Origin: Octopus vulgaris
Taxonomy: Eukaryota
Direction: 5' to 3'
Length of the DNA stretch: 64,000 nucleotides
NCBI GenBank assembly: GCA_951406725.2
Contig: OX597838.1
Location: forward strand, 24,924,001-24,988,000
Under the pieces are notes generated by a model. The model searched no databases and was not told where the DNA came from. It saw nothing but the letters and a program-made list of their open reading frames with translations. Position 1 is the stretch's first letter. Every line of letters begins with the position of its first letter. Shown piece by piece: positions 1 to 11,083 of this stretch. Position numbers and translations under genes: made by a program.

Positions 1-178
1 ATATATATGTGTGTATATATATATATATAAATATATATGTATGTATATATATATATATATGTGTGTGTGTAGGGGGGTACACATGCAGCACCTAAAACCT
101 TTCATATAAAAAGGCAAGAAGGACGGAAGGAAAGAAAAAAAAAAATAGAGACCTGACTGTAAAACAAGGTAGACTTAC

Positions 179-370
179 CCTGAAATTCGGATGAGATGGG
201 ATGCTCCCTTTTGAAACGGGGTGTATACACCTTTTTCCACACTGAGCTGTACACCACGACTGCCACTTTCCGGATTGGCTGGTATTTCAATCAGCTGGAT
301 GGAATGAGGCCTCCTGTTTTCAGGCATTTCAGTGAATTTTGGTTTTATCACATTGTTGTAGCAATAAGCA
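179..370 (-). CDS. LIMK1: LIM domain kinase exon: end of LIM2 and N-terminal part of PDZ domain
   Basis: Acceptor CTCCTTGTCTAG|T, donor GG|GTAAGT; 192 nt, phase 2 to 2. Translates AYCYNNVIKPKFTEMPENRRPHSIQLIEIPANPESGSRGVQLSVEKGVYTPFQKGASHLIRIS, resembling the LIMK PDZ start (PH...L..IPA....RG..SV). Confidence 0.93.
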
Positions 371-1083
371 CTAGACAAGGAGAAAAAAAAAGAAGCAAAG
401 ATAAGGATGGAACGTGTTTGTGTGTGTATATATATATATATATATGATAAACGTAGCATTAATTTTCTAGGTCATTCAATTTTTCTTAACCAATCGATGG
501 ACCCAATTAAGTAAACCTATCAATAACGAACATATAGCGGCTACTGGAAACAGCTGTAAGGCATATTTACTACAATAAAGAAAAATATGTAATGACCATT
601 ATATATATATTTATATATATGCATGCATATATATAAGTCATATATGTGCCATGTTTATGTGTATGTATATATTTATTTTTTCTTTTTGTTTTGGAATTAA
701 TTAGGCTGGGAAACAATTTGTACCAACTTTGTATTAAACGATCGCCTACGCTTATATGTTTTCTTTTCCTTATATGTTATATATATATATAAAGTCATAT
801 GTATCCTGTTTATGTGTATGTATGTCTGTATATAACTATATATAGTTCAAATTTACAGGAAACCAAAGACAAAGACAGGTGAGAGAACAACAAGCAGGTG
901 AAATATTTTGACGCTCAAGAAGAATGGAAAAGTTTCATATATATATATTATATATTGATTATTCATTTTTATACTTTTTGAGATCAAGTTATATTTTACA
1001 AAAAATATATTTTATTTGTTATTTCTGTTTTGGTCTATGTCGATCACTGTTTGAGATGCATAATAGTGATTTTATCTCTAATT

Positions 1084-1128
<45 letters not shown>

Positions 1129-1846
1129 TACATACACACACAATGTACAAAATGAAAGCACATAAGGATTTGTATATTAGAAAATTTTTGTGTATTCTTG
1201 TGGAAGGGGTGGGCGCTGATAGAGTGAGAACTTCCCATAATTCAGATATTTTTCCCAACACCATTCACTTCAGAGTTACAGAAGAGAGAGAGAGAGAGAA
1301 AAAATACAAAATGTTCAGACTGATATACTCTGCATGTCTGTGTGTCCAGCATAGTAGTTCTCATTTAGACAGGAGAGAGATCAGTGAAATAACAGATCTG
1401 TATGTCATGCCTGGCTGTGTAGTCAACAAACTACATACCATAGGTCAGCTTAAAAATCAGTAAGGGCTCCACAACAACAAGACACTGACTGGTCAGTGGA
1501 AAGACAATACAACACTGCAGGCCAGTATATGTATAAAACAATCCATTCTACTTTTGGCACAAGGCCTGAAATTTTGGTGGGGAAGGGTGCTAATTGCTTA
1601 CATCATCCCCAGTACTATACTGGTACTTATTGCTTATTAACCCCGAAAGGATGAAAGGCAAAGTCGACTTCCGCATCATTTGAACTCAGATTGTAGAGCT
1701 GGAGCAAGTGATGCTAAGCATTTTAGCCCAGTGTGTTCATAATTCTGTCAGTTTGTCACCTTATATAAAATAACAAAATAAAAGATTAGTAAATAAAAAA
1801 AAAGGAAAAAGGAGAGTAAAGAAAAAAGAATTGTTTGTATATTTAC

Positions 1847-1956
1847 CAGTAGAGTTTTGTCCGTTCCACCAAGGCGTACCCTTCTCCATCTCCAATGTAG
1901 GTAGAGCAGTGACAGCACAGAAAGCATTCTGGGTGGTACCGATGTTCTCCTGCAAC
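1847..1956 (-). CDS. LIMK1: LIM domain kinase exon: LIM2
   Basis: Acceptor CTAACCCCTCAG|GTT, donor TG|GTAAAT; 110 nt, phase 0 to 2. Translates [37 protein letters not shown], the hallmark LIMK LIM2 (VAGE.K/R.HPECF...IGDG..Y.LVE..KLYC); in frame with both neighbouring exons. Confidence 0.97.
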
Positions 1957-2079
1957 CTGAGGGGTTAGAATATAAGAGTGTGAGGAGGAGGAGAGAAAGA
2001 GAAGCGAAAGTGAAAGTAAGATGAAGGCATTTGTATATGAATTACAAAGACATACAGACAGACAGACAGAAAATCAAAT

Positions 2080-2513
2080 GAACCTTTCAACATTCAGATT
2101 ATTCTGTGAAATTTAAGGCTTATTTATTCCCTCCATCATCATCATCATCATTTAGTATCCATTTTCCCTGCTGGCATGGGTTAGATGGCTTAACTGGTAA
2201 GCCGGAGAGCTGTACCAGGTTCCAGTTTGATTTTGGCATAGTTTCTACAGCTGGATGCCCGTCCTAACACCAACCAATTGAAAGATGTAGTGGTTTCCAT
2301 TTACATGTTACCGGCAGGAGTGCCATTTATGTGTCACTGGCATGGCTGCCTTTTGTGTTTTGTATTAACCTTGCACTATTTCATAGCTTTGAAGATTTCA
2401 ATGATATGCTTGTTAAGTTTTAGAATGACATTGCAGGGTAGGTGAAAGAGGCTGGATCGGGCATATAGAGTATTTGGGCCAAATTTGGCTGGTTTAAATG
2501 CTAAAGGGTTAAC
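2080..2513. mobile_element. piggyBac-type MITE (TTAA-CCC...GGG-TTAA), interrupted by an RTE fragment
   Basis: Right end AATGCTAAAGGGTTAA; related pieces near 3715-3877, 7350-7800, 8620-8750, 22345, 56459 and 57975-58255. Confidence 0.5.
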
Positions 2514-2693
2514 CATCAGTTAATAATACTTTACAACACTTACATTGCATACACACATTCACAAATTCAGTTCATTTTCACATTTGATTAATACCAAGAA
2601 TATGAGCTACTAAGAAAATCATGCTCTGACCCCCTTTTATGTTAATGAATACAAAATTAACCCTTTTCTTGATACTGCTTCTATTTCAATTAA

Positions 2694-2862
2694 TTTACAT
2701 TTGACAGATATTTGTCCTCATCTTGTTTGTTGTTAACACGTTTCGGCTGATATACCCTCCAGCATTCATCAAGTGTCTTGTGGAAATTTCGAACCTGGGT
2801 TCTCATTCCTAAGGTATTTTTCTATGTTATTATTATTCAGGTCACTGCCTGTAATTGAACTT
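2694..2862 (-). mobile_element. Inverted, 5'-truncated copy of the hammerhead-bearing element
   Basis: Minus strand reads GACAC-TTGATGA-ATGCTG-GAGGGTATAT-CAGCC-GAAAC-GTGTT; abuts the + copy head-to-head. Confidence 0.8.
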
Positions 2863-2865
2863 ATA

Positions 2866-3103
2866 TGGTGTAGTGGTCAAGAGCGAGGGCTACTAACCCC
2901 AAGATTCAGAGTTCGATTCCAGGCAGTGACCTGAATAATAATAATAATATCAAAAAATATCTTAGGAATGAGAACCCAGGTTCGAAATTTCCCCAAGATA
3001 CCTGAAGAAGGCTGAAACGTATTAACAACAAACAAGATGAGGACAAATATCCTTCAAATGTAAACAATGTATATAATTCCTCATCTCTTAAATAAAGAAC
3101 TGT
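2866..3103 (+). mobile_element. tRNA-headed short retroelement with hammerhead-ribozyme tail (stem II deleted in this copy)
   Basis: A-box TGGTGTAGTGG and B-box GAGTTCGATTCC, (AAT)n linker, then GATAC-CTGAAGA-AGGCT-GAAACG; homologous to 2694-2862, 32020-32210 and 37461-37680. Confidence 0.8.
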
Positions 3104-3220
3104 ATTTTCATTCAACTTCCGAAGAAAATACATACATATAATAAAGATAACATCTCATAAAAATTAAGTCAGAGAATCCATTAACGATTCTAATCTAAAT
3201 GAAACGAGCAACTTCCTTAC

Positions 3221-3356
3221 CATGACAGGGCCAGCAATTAATTCCGAACAACCGTGACAGGCATCACCATATATTGTCCAGTAATCTTGACGGCAGAAAA
3301 GTTGTCCACCTTTTTCAACATACCAGTTGGTTAGCCGGCGTTGACATCTAGAACAC
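3221..3356 (-). CDS. LIMK1: LIM domain kinase exon: second zinc finger of LIM1 and start of LIM2
   Basis: Acceptor TTCTTCCTCAG|G, donor ATG|GTAAGG; 136 nt, phase 2 to 0. Translates CSRCQRRLTNWYVEKGGQLFCRQDYWTIYGDACHGCSELIAGPVM, matching the LIMK pattern C..C...L..WY.EK.G.LFC..DY...YG..C..C...I.GPVM. Confidence 0.96.
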
Positions 3357-3884
3357 CTGAGGAAGAAACAGAAAGAGATGTGATGTAATATAAACAGGGA
3401 GAAAAATACACAAACACACAGTCACAAAATCAATCCATCTTCAAATTTGATTGATACAAGAAGTATGGTTTATGAAATTCATTTGTAGATCAAAAGAATT
3501 AGAGGAACTAAGAAAATCATGTCCTGCCCCAATTTGTTATGCTAATACATACAAAATTAACCCGTTTATTAACCATATATTTGTTGATTTCAATTAATTT
3601 TGAATACAATGAAGGATTTTGTAAAAGAAAAAAAACATTGTTATTAAGGTGGTATTTGGGAGATAAATTAACATGGAATTTTGATGCAAGATTTCAATTT
3701 AGATCACTTCAGCCTTTTTAACATTGAAGTTACTCTGTCAAATTTAATGCTTAGGTATTCACATTACTCTTACTACAATGTAGGTTCAGTGTGAGCGGTT
3801 GGATCTGGCAAGTTTGAACTTGAAAGAGGTAAAAAATATTTGGGTCAGACGTGTTTGGTTTAAGTGCTAAAGAGTTAATTAATA

Positions 3885-4140
3885 AATAAATGCGCCCTTT
3901 TAAAGCCTGGCCAGGCTCATGGGCTCAGTTTCCTGGTTTCAATGGCGTATGTGTTCCCCAGCTGGACGGGACGCCAGTCCATTGCAGCGTTACTCATTTC
4001 TGCCAGCTGAGTGGACTAGAGCAACGTGAAATGAAGTGTTTTGCTCAAGAACACAACGCGTTGCCCGGTCCAGGAATCAAAACCACAATCTTACAATCAT
4101 GATGCTGACACCCTAACCACTAAGCCATGTGCCTACATGC
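3885..4140 (-). mobile_element. tRNA-derived SINE, third family
   Basis: Minus-strand head GGCACATGGCTTAGTGGTTAGGGTG...TTGATTCC and core TTCTTGAGCAAAACACTT; relatives at about 31790, 48975 and 60340. Confidence 0.75.
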
Positions 4141-5316
4141 TAATGAGTTAAAATGACATTAAATCTAGAAACTTGTATTATGAACCAACAGTGGTCTCAC
4201 TCAGATGGGTCAGTATCAAAAAGGTTGATAAAAATGCAAGAAATACACACACACACTCACACACAAAGACCAACTGAGAGAAAAGAAGGCCAAGCCTAAT
4301 CTTTCTAGTCATTGATCTATGATAGTAAAACGACTGATAAATTGAGGGCATGAAATCCGTACTTATGCAATGAATATACTAGCCTTCACTCTGGACAATA
4401 GCCTTGGTCAAAGATTAAGGCTAATATAAAGCTTTTGTGCTCGTTTTTAAATCAAGTACAACTGACATTTACTAAGATGGCCTTCACACTGGACACAATC
4501 CTTGGTAGGAGCTTAAGGCTAATATCTTTTATCCTTCATCTTTTATTTGTTTCAGTGATTAGACTGTGGCCATGCTGGGGCACTGCTTTGAAGAATTTTT
4601 CATTGAATGAATGAATCAACCCCCATACTTAAATTTTTTTTTTGGTAAAGCTGGGTAATTATTTTATTGATTTCTTTTGCCAAACAGCTAAGTTATAGGG
4701 ACATACACAAACCATGTAAACACACTTGTTGACAAGTGGTAGTGGGAGACAAACACATAAAGACAAACAGACACACACACACAGTCTCCTAACAGTTTCT
4801 GTCTAACAAATTCACTCAAAAGGCTTTGGTTGCCCCAAGGCTATAAACCACACGGTCACATTTGTAATACATAAAAAAACATCAACCAAAAACATTAAAA
4901 AAACCCATCTATGTGTGTGTTTGTGAGTGTTTATAAGTGAGTGAATGTGTGTGTGTGTGTGTCCGTGATTAAATGTGATAACAGCTGTTTCGTATAACTC
5001 CACATCTTGGCTATGTACAGGTACTGAAGAAATGCAAATGTAGAGAGTTAATCCCTCTAAGTAATAATGGTTTCAAATTTTGGCCAGGGCCAGCAATTTT
5101 AGAGGCAGGGGCAAGTCAATATCATTAATCATAATCTTTTCTATTATATTTTGGGGAGGGGGCCAGCTGATTACATCGACTCATTTGACTGCGGCCAGGA
5201 CTTATTCTTTGTAAGCTTAGTACTTATTCTATCAGTCTCTTTTGCTGAACTGCTAAGTTACGGGGACGTAAACACACCAGCATCGGTTGTCAAGCAATGG
5301 TGGGGGACAAACACAG

Positions 5317-5353
<37 letters not shown>

Positions 5354-5635
5354 CAACGGTTTTCTTTCAGTTTCCATCTACCAAATCCACTCACAAGGCT
5401 AGAATAGAAGACACTTGCCCAAGGTGCCACGCAGTGAGACTGAACCTGGAACCATGTGGTTGGTAAGTGAGCTACTTGCCACACAGCCACTCCTGCGCCT
5501 GCACAAATGTTTTAAAATAATAATAAATAAGCTTTACATTTGACAAAGTAATCTCAATGCTTTAAGGGCTATACACACACACACACACACACACACAAAA
5601 AAAAAAAAAAAAAGAGCTTTTGTAAACTCACTCAC

Positions 5636-5658
5636 TTTTCAGAAGAGTATCCCTCCAT
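5636..5658 (-). CDS. Candidate alternative first coding exon of LIMK (MEGYSSEK)
   Basis: ATG GAG GGA TAC TCT TCT GAA AA|GTGAGT: strong donor, phase 2, in frame with the 3356 acceptor; preceded by about 600 nt of non-repetitive UTR-like sequence. Confidence 0.55.
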
Positions 5659-8600
5659 TCATCGGTAAAGTAAAAATGAAAATCTATACAAGTAATGGTT
5701 GTTTTAGGCTAAGACAATAGGATATATATAAGTGAAAGAACCCAAAAACCGGAAAATTACTTCATCATAAAGCTAATCCTGGACACAAAGTGAAGAGATA
5801 TCCTTTTATGTTTTTGGTCATCCAGTTAAATATAGAATGATGGAGGAGCGGTGGTAGTGGTGGTGGGTGGTGGGACTTGAGGTCAGACCATATAAAGAGA
5901 AAAATAAACTTGGAAAAAGAAAACAAGAACCCCCCCCCGTCCTTCCCTCTTATTTCTCTTCCTATCTTCAGGCTTCTTATCAGAAAATAAGAGTGGGAGG
6001 CGGCACGGAAGGCACTCTTGTTCTTTGTCTTGGTGTGTTTAGCAAAAAAAAAAAAGGAAACGCTTGTTTCGCTTTTTCTTTTTTTAGAAGCAAACGACAG
6101 ACAGGAAAGAAATATTCCTTTTCATGTAGGAAAAGAAACGGGAGAAAGTCGAAAGAGATGAAGAGGAGGAGGAGCCAGAAGGGGAAATGGAAAAATTTTT
6201 ACACACATATTTGACAAGAGTTTTATTCATTCATCACTGAGCAATTACCATCAACCTGCAACATAAAAATATTCCATTCTCTCTCTCTCTCTCTCTCTCC
6301 TTGTTCTTAAAGATGAAAGACAATTTAGATCATCCTCCTCCTCCTCCTGCTCTCCTCTTCTTTCTGTTATTCTTCAGAGGTCAACAACACAAAAGCCACC
6401 CCCACTTTCAAAAGATTTCTTTTATCAGTCCCCACTTCCAATAAACACCAACATAGGGTCTTGCAATCAATAGAAAAAGAGTGGAGCAGTTTGGGGAGGG
6501 GGGCATGCAGAGAACAAATAGAAATTTGTATTCTCTCAGGGAAATAAGTGTCAAGAGAGAGAAGAAGGAGATAACATACAAGACATCAGTTTCTGGCCTG
6601 GAACTTGAACCATAACACTCCCTTTGGAGGCATTGTGAATTCAAAAGAGGCACTAAAGAGAGAGAGAGAGAGGGGTGATAGCTGGGTTTTTTACTGTAAG
6701 GAGAGTGGCTCATGATCTTTCTTAGAAATAAATTATTTCCACAACTACGTCATAGAAAAGCCAATTAGAAACTCGTTAAGCTATTAAATTCACTTTAAAT
6801 TTTAAAATTTGTTTCAAGAGTCATCAAAATTTTCTTTGTCCAACTGTAACAAGTGTCACGGATGCAGATCCCACTGGAACTCTTTGAGAAGTCTGTTATT
6901 AGCCAGTTCTCAGAGATTTTTTTTTTTTTTTCACTGTGGTGTCTGCTGTAGTCATGTCGATTGGCTTTGGCACCCTTACGACATCAATCACCTGTTGATC
7001 ATCGTTTCACCATGTTCTCTTTTCCATGCTTGCATGGGTTAGATGAGAATTTTTTAGGCAGGTTTCCTATGACCAGATGCCCGTCAGCCCTTGCCCATTT
7101 CCAAGCAAGGTAATATTTCCCCATGTCTAGACAGGTTTTCACAGAAGAGTGGAAACAAACAACCTCACTTGTATATATATATAAGACAGGCTTCTTTCAG
7201 TTTCCGTCTACCAAAATCCACTCACAAGGCTTTGGTCGACCCGAGGCTATAGTAGAAGACACTTGCCCAAGGTGCCACGCAGTGGGACTGAACCCAGAGC
7301 TGTGTGGTTGGTAAGCAAACTACTTACCACACAGTCACTCCTGCGCCTATACGATTACTTATTTTTAGAATAACATTGTCGGGTAAGTGTGAGAAGCCAG
7401 CTCTGGCCAGTTTTAACATAAAACAAGTAAAATATTTGGGCTGGATATATAGCTAAAGCATTAATGGCTCCGTGTGATATTAACTCTTTTGTTAAATTTT
7501 TGTTGAAATACATTGTCTGTTTCAATTGATACTGAAAATGATGAAGAATTTAGCAAAATAACATTGTCCATTATTCGGAATGTAAAGTAACATGAAATGT
7601 TGACAGGTTTGTCAAATGTAATCCTTATTTATTTGCATTGTTTTGAATTAATCACGCAATATCTTGTAGCTTTGAGATTTCAATGATGTGATTGTTTCCT
7701 TTCAGAATGACATTGTAAGGTAGGTGTGAAATGTTGGTTTGAATATGAAAACAGAATATTTGGGCTGGGTATGGTCAATTTAACCCTTTACATTCCGATT
7801 ATTCTATCAGATCATCATCATCATCGTTTAATGTCTGCTTTCCATGCTAGCATGGGTTGGACGATTTGACTGAGGTCTGGTGAACGAGATGGCTGCACCA
7901 GACTCCAATCTGATCTAGCAGAATTTCTACAGCTGGATGCCCTTCCTAATGCCAACCACTCCAAGAATGTAGTGGGTGCTTTTACATGCCACTGGCACAA
8001 GGACCAGTCAGGCAGTACTGGCAACGGCCACGCTCAAGTGGTGCTTTTTATGTGCCACGTGCACAGGAGCTAGTCCAGCAGCACTGGCAACGACCTCGCT
8101 TGAATGTTTTTTCACATGCCACCAGTACAAGTGCCAGTAAGGTGATGCAGGTGCACAAGTGCTAGTAAGGCGATGCAGGTGTAATGCTTATTTATACTTG
8201 AGAAGACCCGTCAACCTAAATGAGATCGTAGTTGCGTCAATGCCAGTGCCACGTAACTGGCATGTAAAAAACACCCATCAAATATTGGGCAATACGCTGT
8301 GCTTGAGAAAATCTGTCAAGCCAAGGGAAATCATAGTCATGGCTGATGCCAATGCCGTATGACTGGTACTCATGCTAGTGGCATGTAAAAAGCACCATTT
8401 GAGCATTGGGCAGTGACAGGTGACCAAGACTTGGTGATAAGGCGGTGAGCTGGCAGAAACGTTAGGACGCCGGGCGAAATGTTTTGCGGTATTTCGTCTG
8501 CCGTTACGTTCTGAGTTCAAATTCCGCCATGGTCGACTTTGCCTTTCATCCTTTCGGGGTCGATAAATTAAGTACCAGTTACACACTGGGGTTGATGTAA

Positions 8601-10756
8601 TAGACTTAATCCCTTTGTCTTGTTTTCATAAATTTTGAATTAAAATCTTCCACCAAACTTTAGTCACAATTTATGTTCCTAACACTAGCTAAATGATAAC
8701 TAAGTTATTTTACTAAATTCTCAAAATAAATACAGTAACAAAAGGGTTAAATGACCACCATATAAAGGTTCTTCCTTACTGACTCATGTCTGCAATTTAT
8801 AGTTCCTGAGAGAGAGAAAGAGGGATCAAATGTTTCTGCTATTTGAAATGTCTTAAGAACAGAGAATGATTACTAAGAAGCCATATTTGGGTGGGTGGAA
8901 TGAACTTTAATCAAAGAATCACTGTTCCAAAGATCAACTTTCAGATGATGTGTCAGACTTCTCGGTGTCACGAGGGGGGAGGGGGCAGACAGCTAGACTA
9001 GCAGTTAAATTTGCTCACAGCAAAACTACTGTGATACAAAACCATTATGATGTTGACCAAGAGTGATGGAGGGCAGAATTGGTAGAGCAATGGGGATGCA
9101 GAAGAAAGAAAGCAATACAAATAAGGGAGATAAATCAAATAGGCACATGGAATGAAATTGGATATATGAATTACTGAATGTAATATGAAAATAAAATCCT
9201 TATTGAAATCTCAGTTTTAGAGGGCACCTCACCTCACCAAAAAAAAAAAAAGACAACAACATAAGATCAAAAATAATGAGTTTTTAGGGTAATAGCTAAT
9301 GACTCAAATAAAAGGGAGATGATGTCAAAAAATTAATTAATTTGCTAATCAAAGTTAATTTGTAAGATTAGAGGTGAAAAAAAACCCCCAAAAAACTTTG
9401 TGAGGCTTTTAAAAAAGTTTCTTTACATTTTGGATTCAAATTTCAGTGATTTTTGTGTTTCGTCCTTCCTAGATCAATACAATAATGTCCCAGTAATAAA
9501 CTGGAGATGATCTTTCTGAATATACCCCTACTATGACTACCACTCCCAAAATTTGTGGGAATTTTGCAGATTTGCTGAATGGAGACTTGTTTATAAAGAG
9601 CATACAGAAGTGTGTGTGTGTGTGTATGTGACTTTAGACTACAAACAGAACATGAAAAATGATTAATGGAGGTGGGGGAGAAATAACATCAATCTCAAAG
9701 TCACTGACGCTCCACCGATGCCAAGAAAACTTATAGTCTTCATGCTTAGCCAAATACACTTCCTTTCCGCTCGATTTCTGAATCTGCTTCACAGAAGCGT
9801 AGTAGCTGGGTTTTGTCTTTTATCGTTTACTTGTTTCAGTCATTAGGCCGCGGCCATACTGGGGCACCGGCTTGAATTTTTAGTCGAATGAATTGACCCC
9901 AGTACCGAGTTTTTAAAGCCCGGTACTAATTCTTATTGGTCTCTTTTGGCAAACTGCTAAGTCATGGGGATGTAAACACACCAACACAGATTAAGTGGTG
10001 ATGGGGTGGGACACACATACACACACACATATATATATATATATTTCTTTATTGCCCACAAGGGGCTAAACATAGAGGGGACAAACAAGGACAGGCGAAC
10101 GGATTAAGTCGATTACATCGACTCCAGTGCGTAACTGGTACTTAATTTATTGACCCCGAAAGGATGAAAGGCAAAGTCGACCTCGGCGGAATTTGAACTC
10201 AGAACGTAACGGCAGACAAAATACAGTTATGCATTTCGCCCGGCGCGCTAACGTGTCTGCCAGCTTGCCGATAGCCACAGCCTTCCCATTGTTTCAACCG
10301 TGTCTTATCATATACTTACATATGTGTATAAGTGTGTGTGTGTGTGTGGTAGATGTAGCCATGTATCATCATAAACAATAAGAAATCTGTCCCTGTTCCC
10401 CTATCGTCATCCCAGCTCAACATCTCAAACCACAACTTCAACAAAGGAATCTGCTAGACATAACACACAAATCTCCCATATCATCTTAAGAACAAAAAGA
10501 AGCAATAATACAATAACAAAATAGGATGGTCACAGCTGGAATGCCTTTAATCATAGGTCATCCTGATTAATGCAGATATGGAATGAACAGGAATAACATT
10601 CTGCACTGTACTTTCCACAAGGAAATACTATAAAATTCTTTTAAAAGGAAACTGAAACTAAAAATATACTAAACAAAGACAAACCCATACAACCCTGAGG
10701 TCAAAACTCCTGGTACCATCAACAGGTTGTGTAAAAGCATAACCCATATATACGAA

Positions 10757-10925
10757 GAGTTCACGAAAAAAACAAAAGACGAAGACAGGTGGTGTATAAA
10801 ACAAACAGATGTATTAGTATAATGCTCAGGAATTGAAAAAGTCTTTTACATTTCGAGCGTATGCTCTTCTACAGAAAGGGACACAGAAAAAAACAAGGAG
10901 AGAAAAAAAAATGTGTGTAGTGGCT
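10757..10925 (-). mobile_element. Second copy of the Penelope-pLTR-like element with variant hammerhead motif (10841-10880)
   Basis: Minus strand CTTT-CTGTAGA-A-GAGC-ATAC-GCTC-GAAA-TGTA-AAAG. Confidence 0.65.
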
Positions 10926-11075
10926 ACCGATCTATCTGGTTGCGTGTTCGCAATGTAAAACCTGCTCTTACTTGTTTGGACATGAACTTGCCAGGAAGCA
11001 TCTGACGGAGCATATGAAATGTTCCGTAGGTAGTTGACACCTGTAGCTAACAGCCACATACTTGTGAAAGCTTAC

Positions 11076-11083
11076 CATAGCAT
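11076..11083 (-). CDS. Weak candidate alternative first coding exon of LIMK (MLW)
   Basis: ATG CTA TG|GTAAGC, phase 2, in unique sequence; poor start context (TAA ATG). Confidence 0.2.

Noticed and set aside
5151-5402. Recurrent ORF motifs such as LLSVSVYQIHSQGFGRPEAIVEDTCPRCHAVGLNPEPCGW
   Set aside because: Translations of SINE family A copies, not a gene family.
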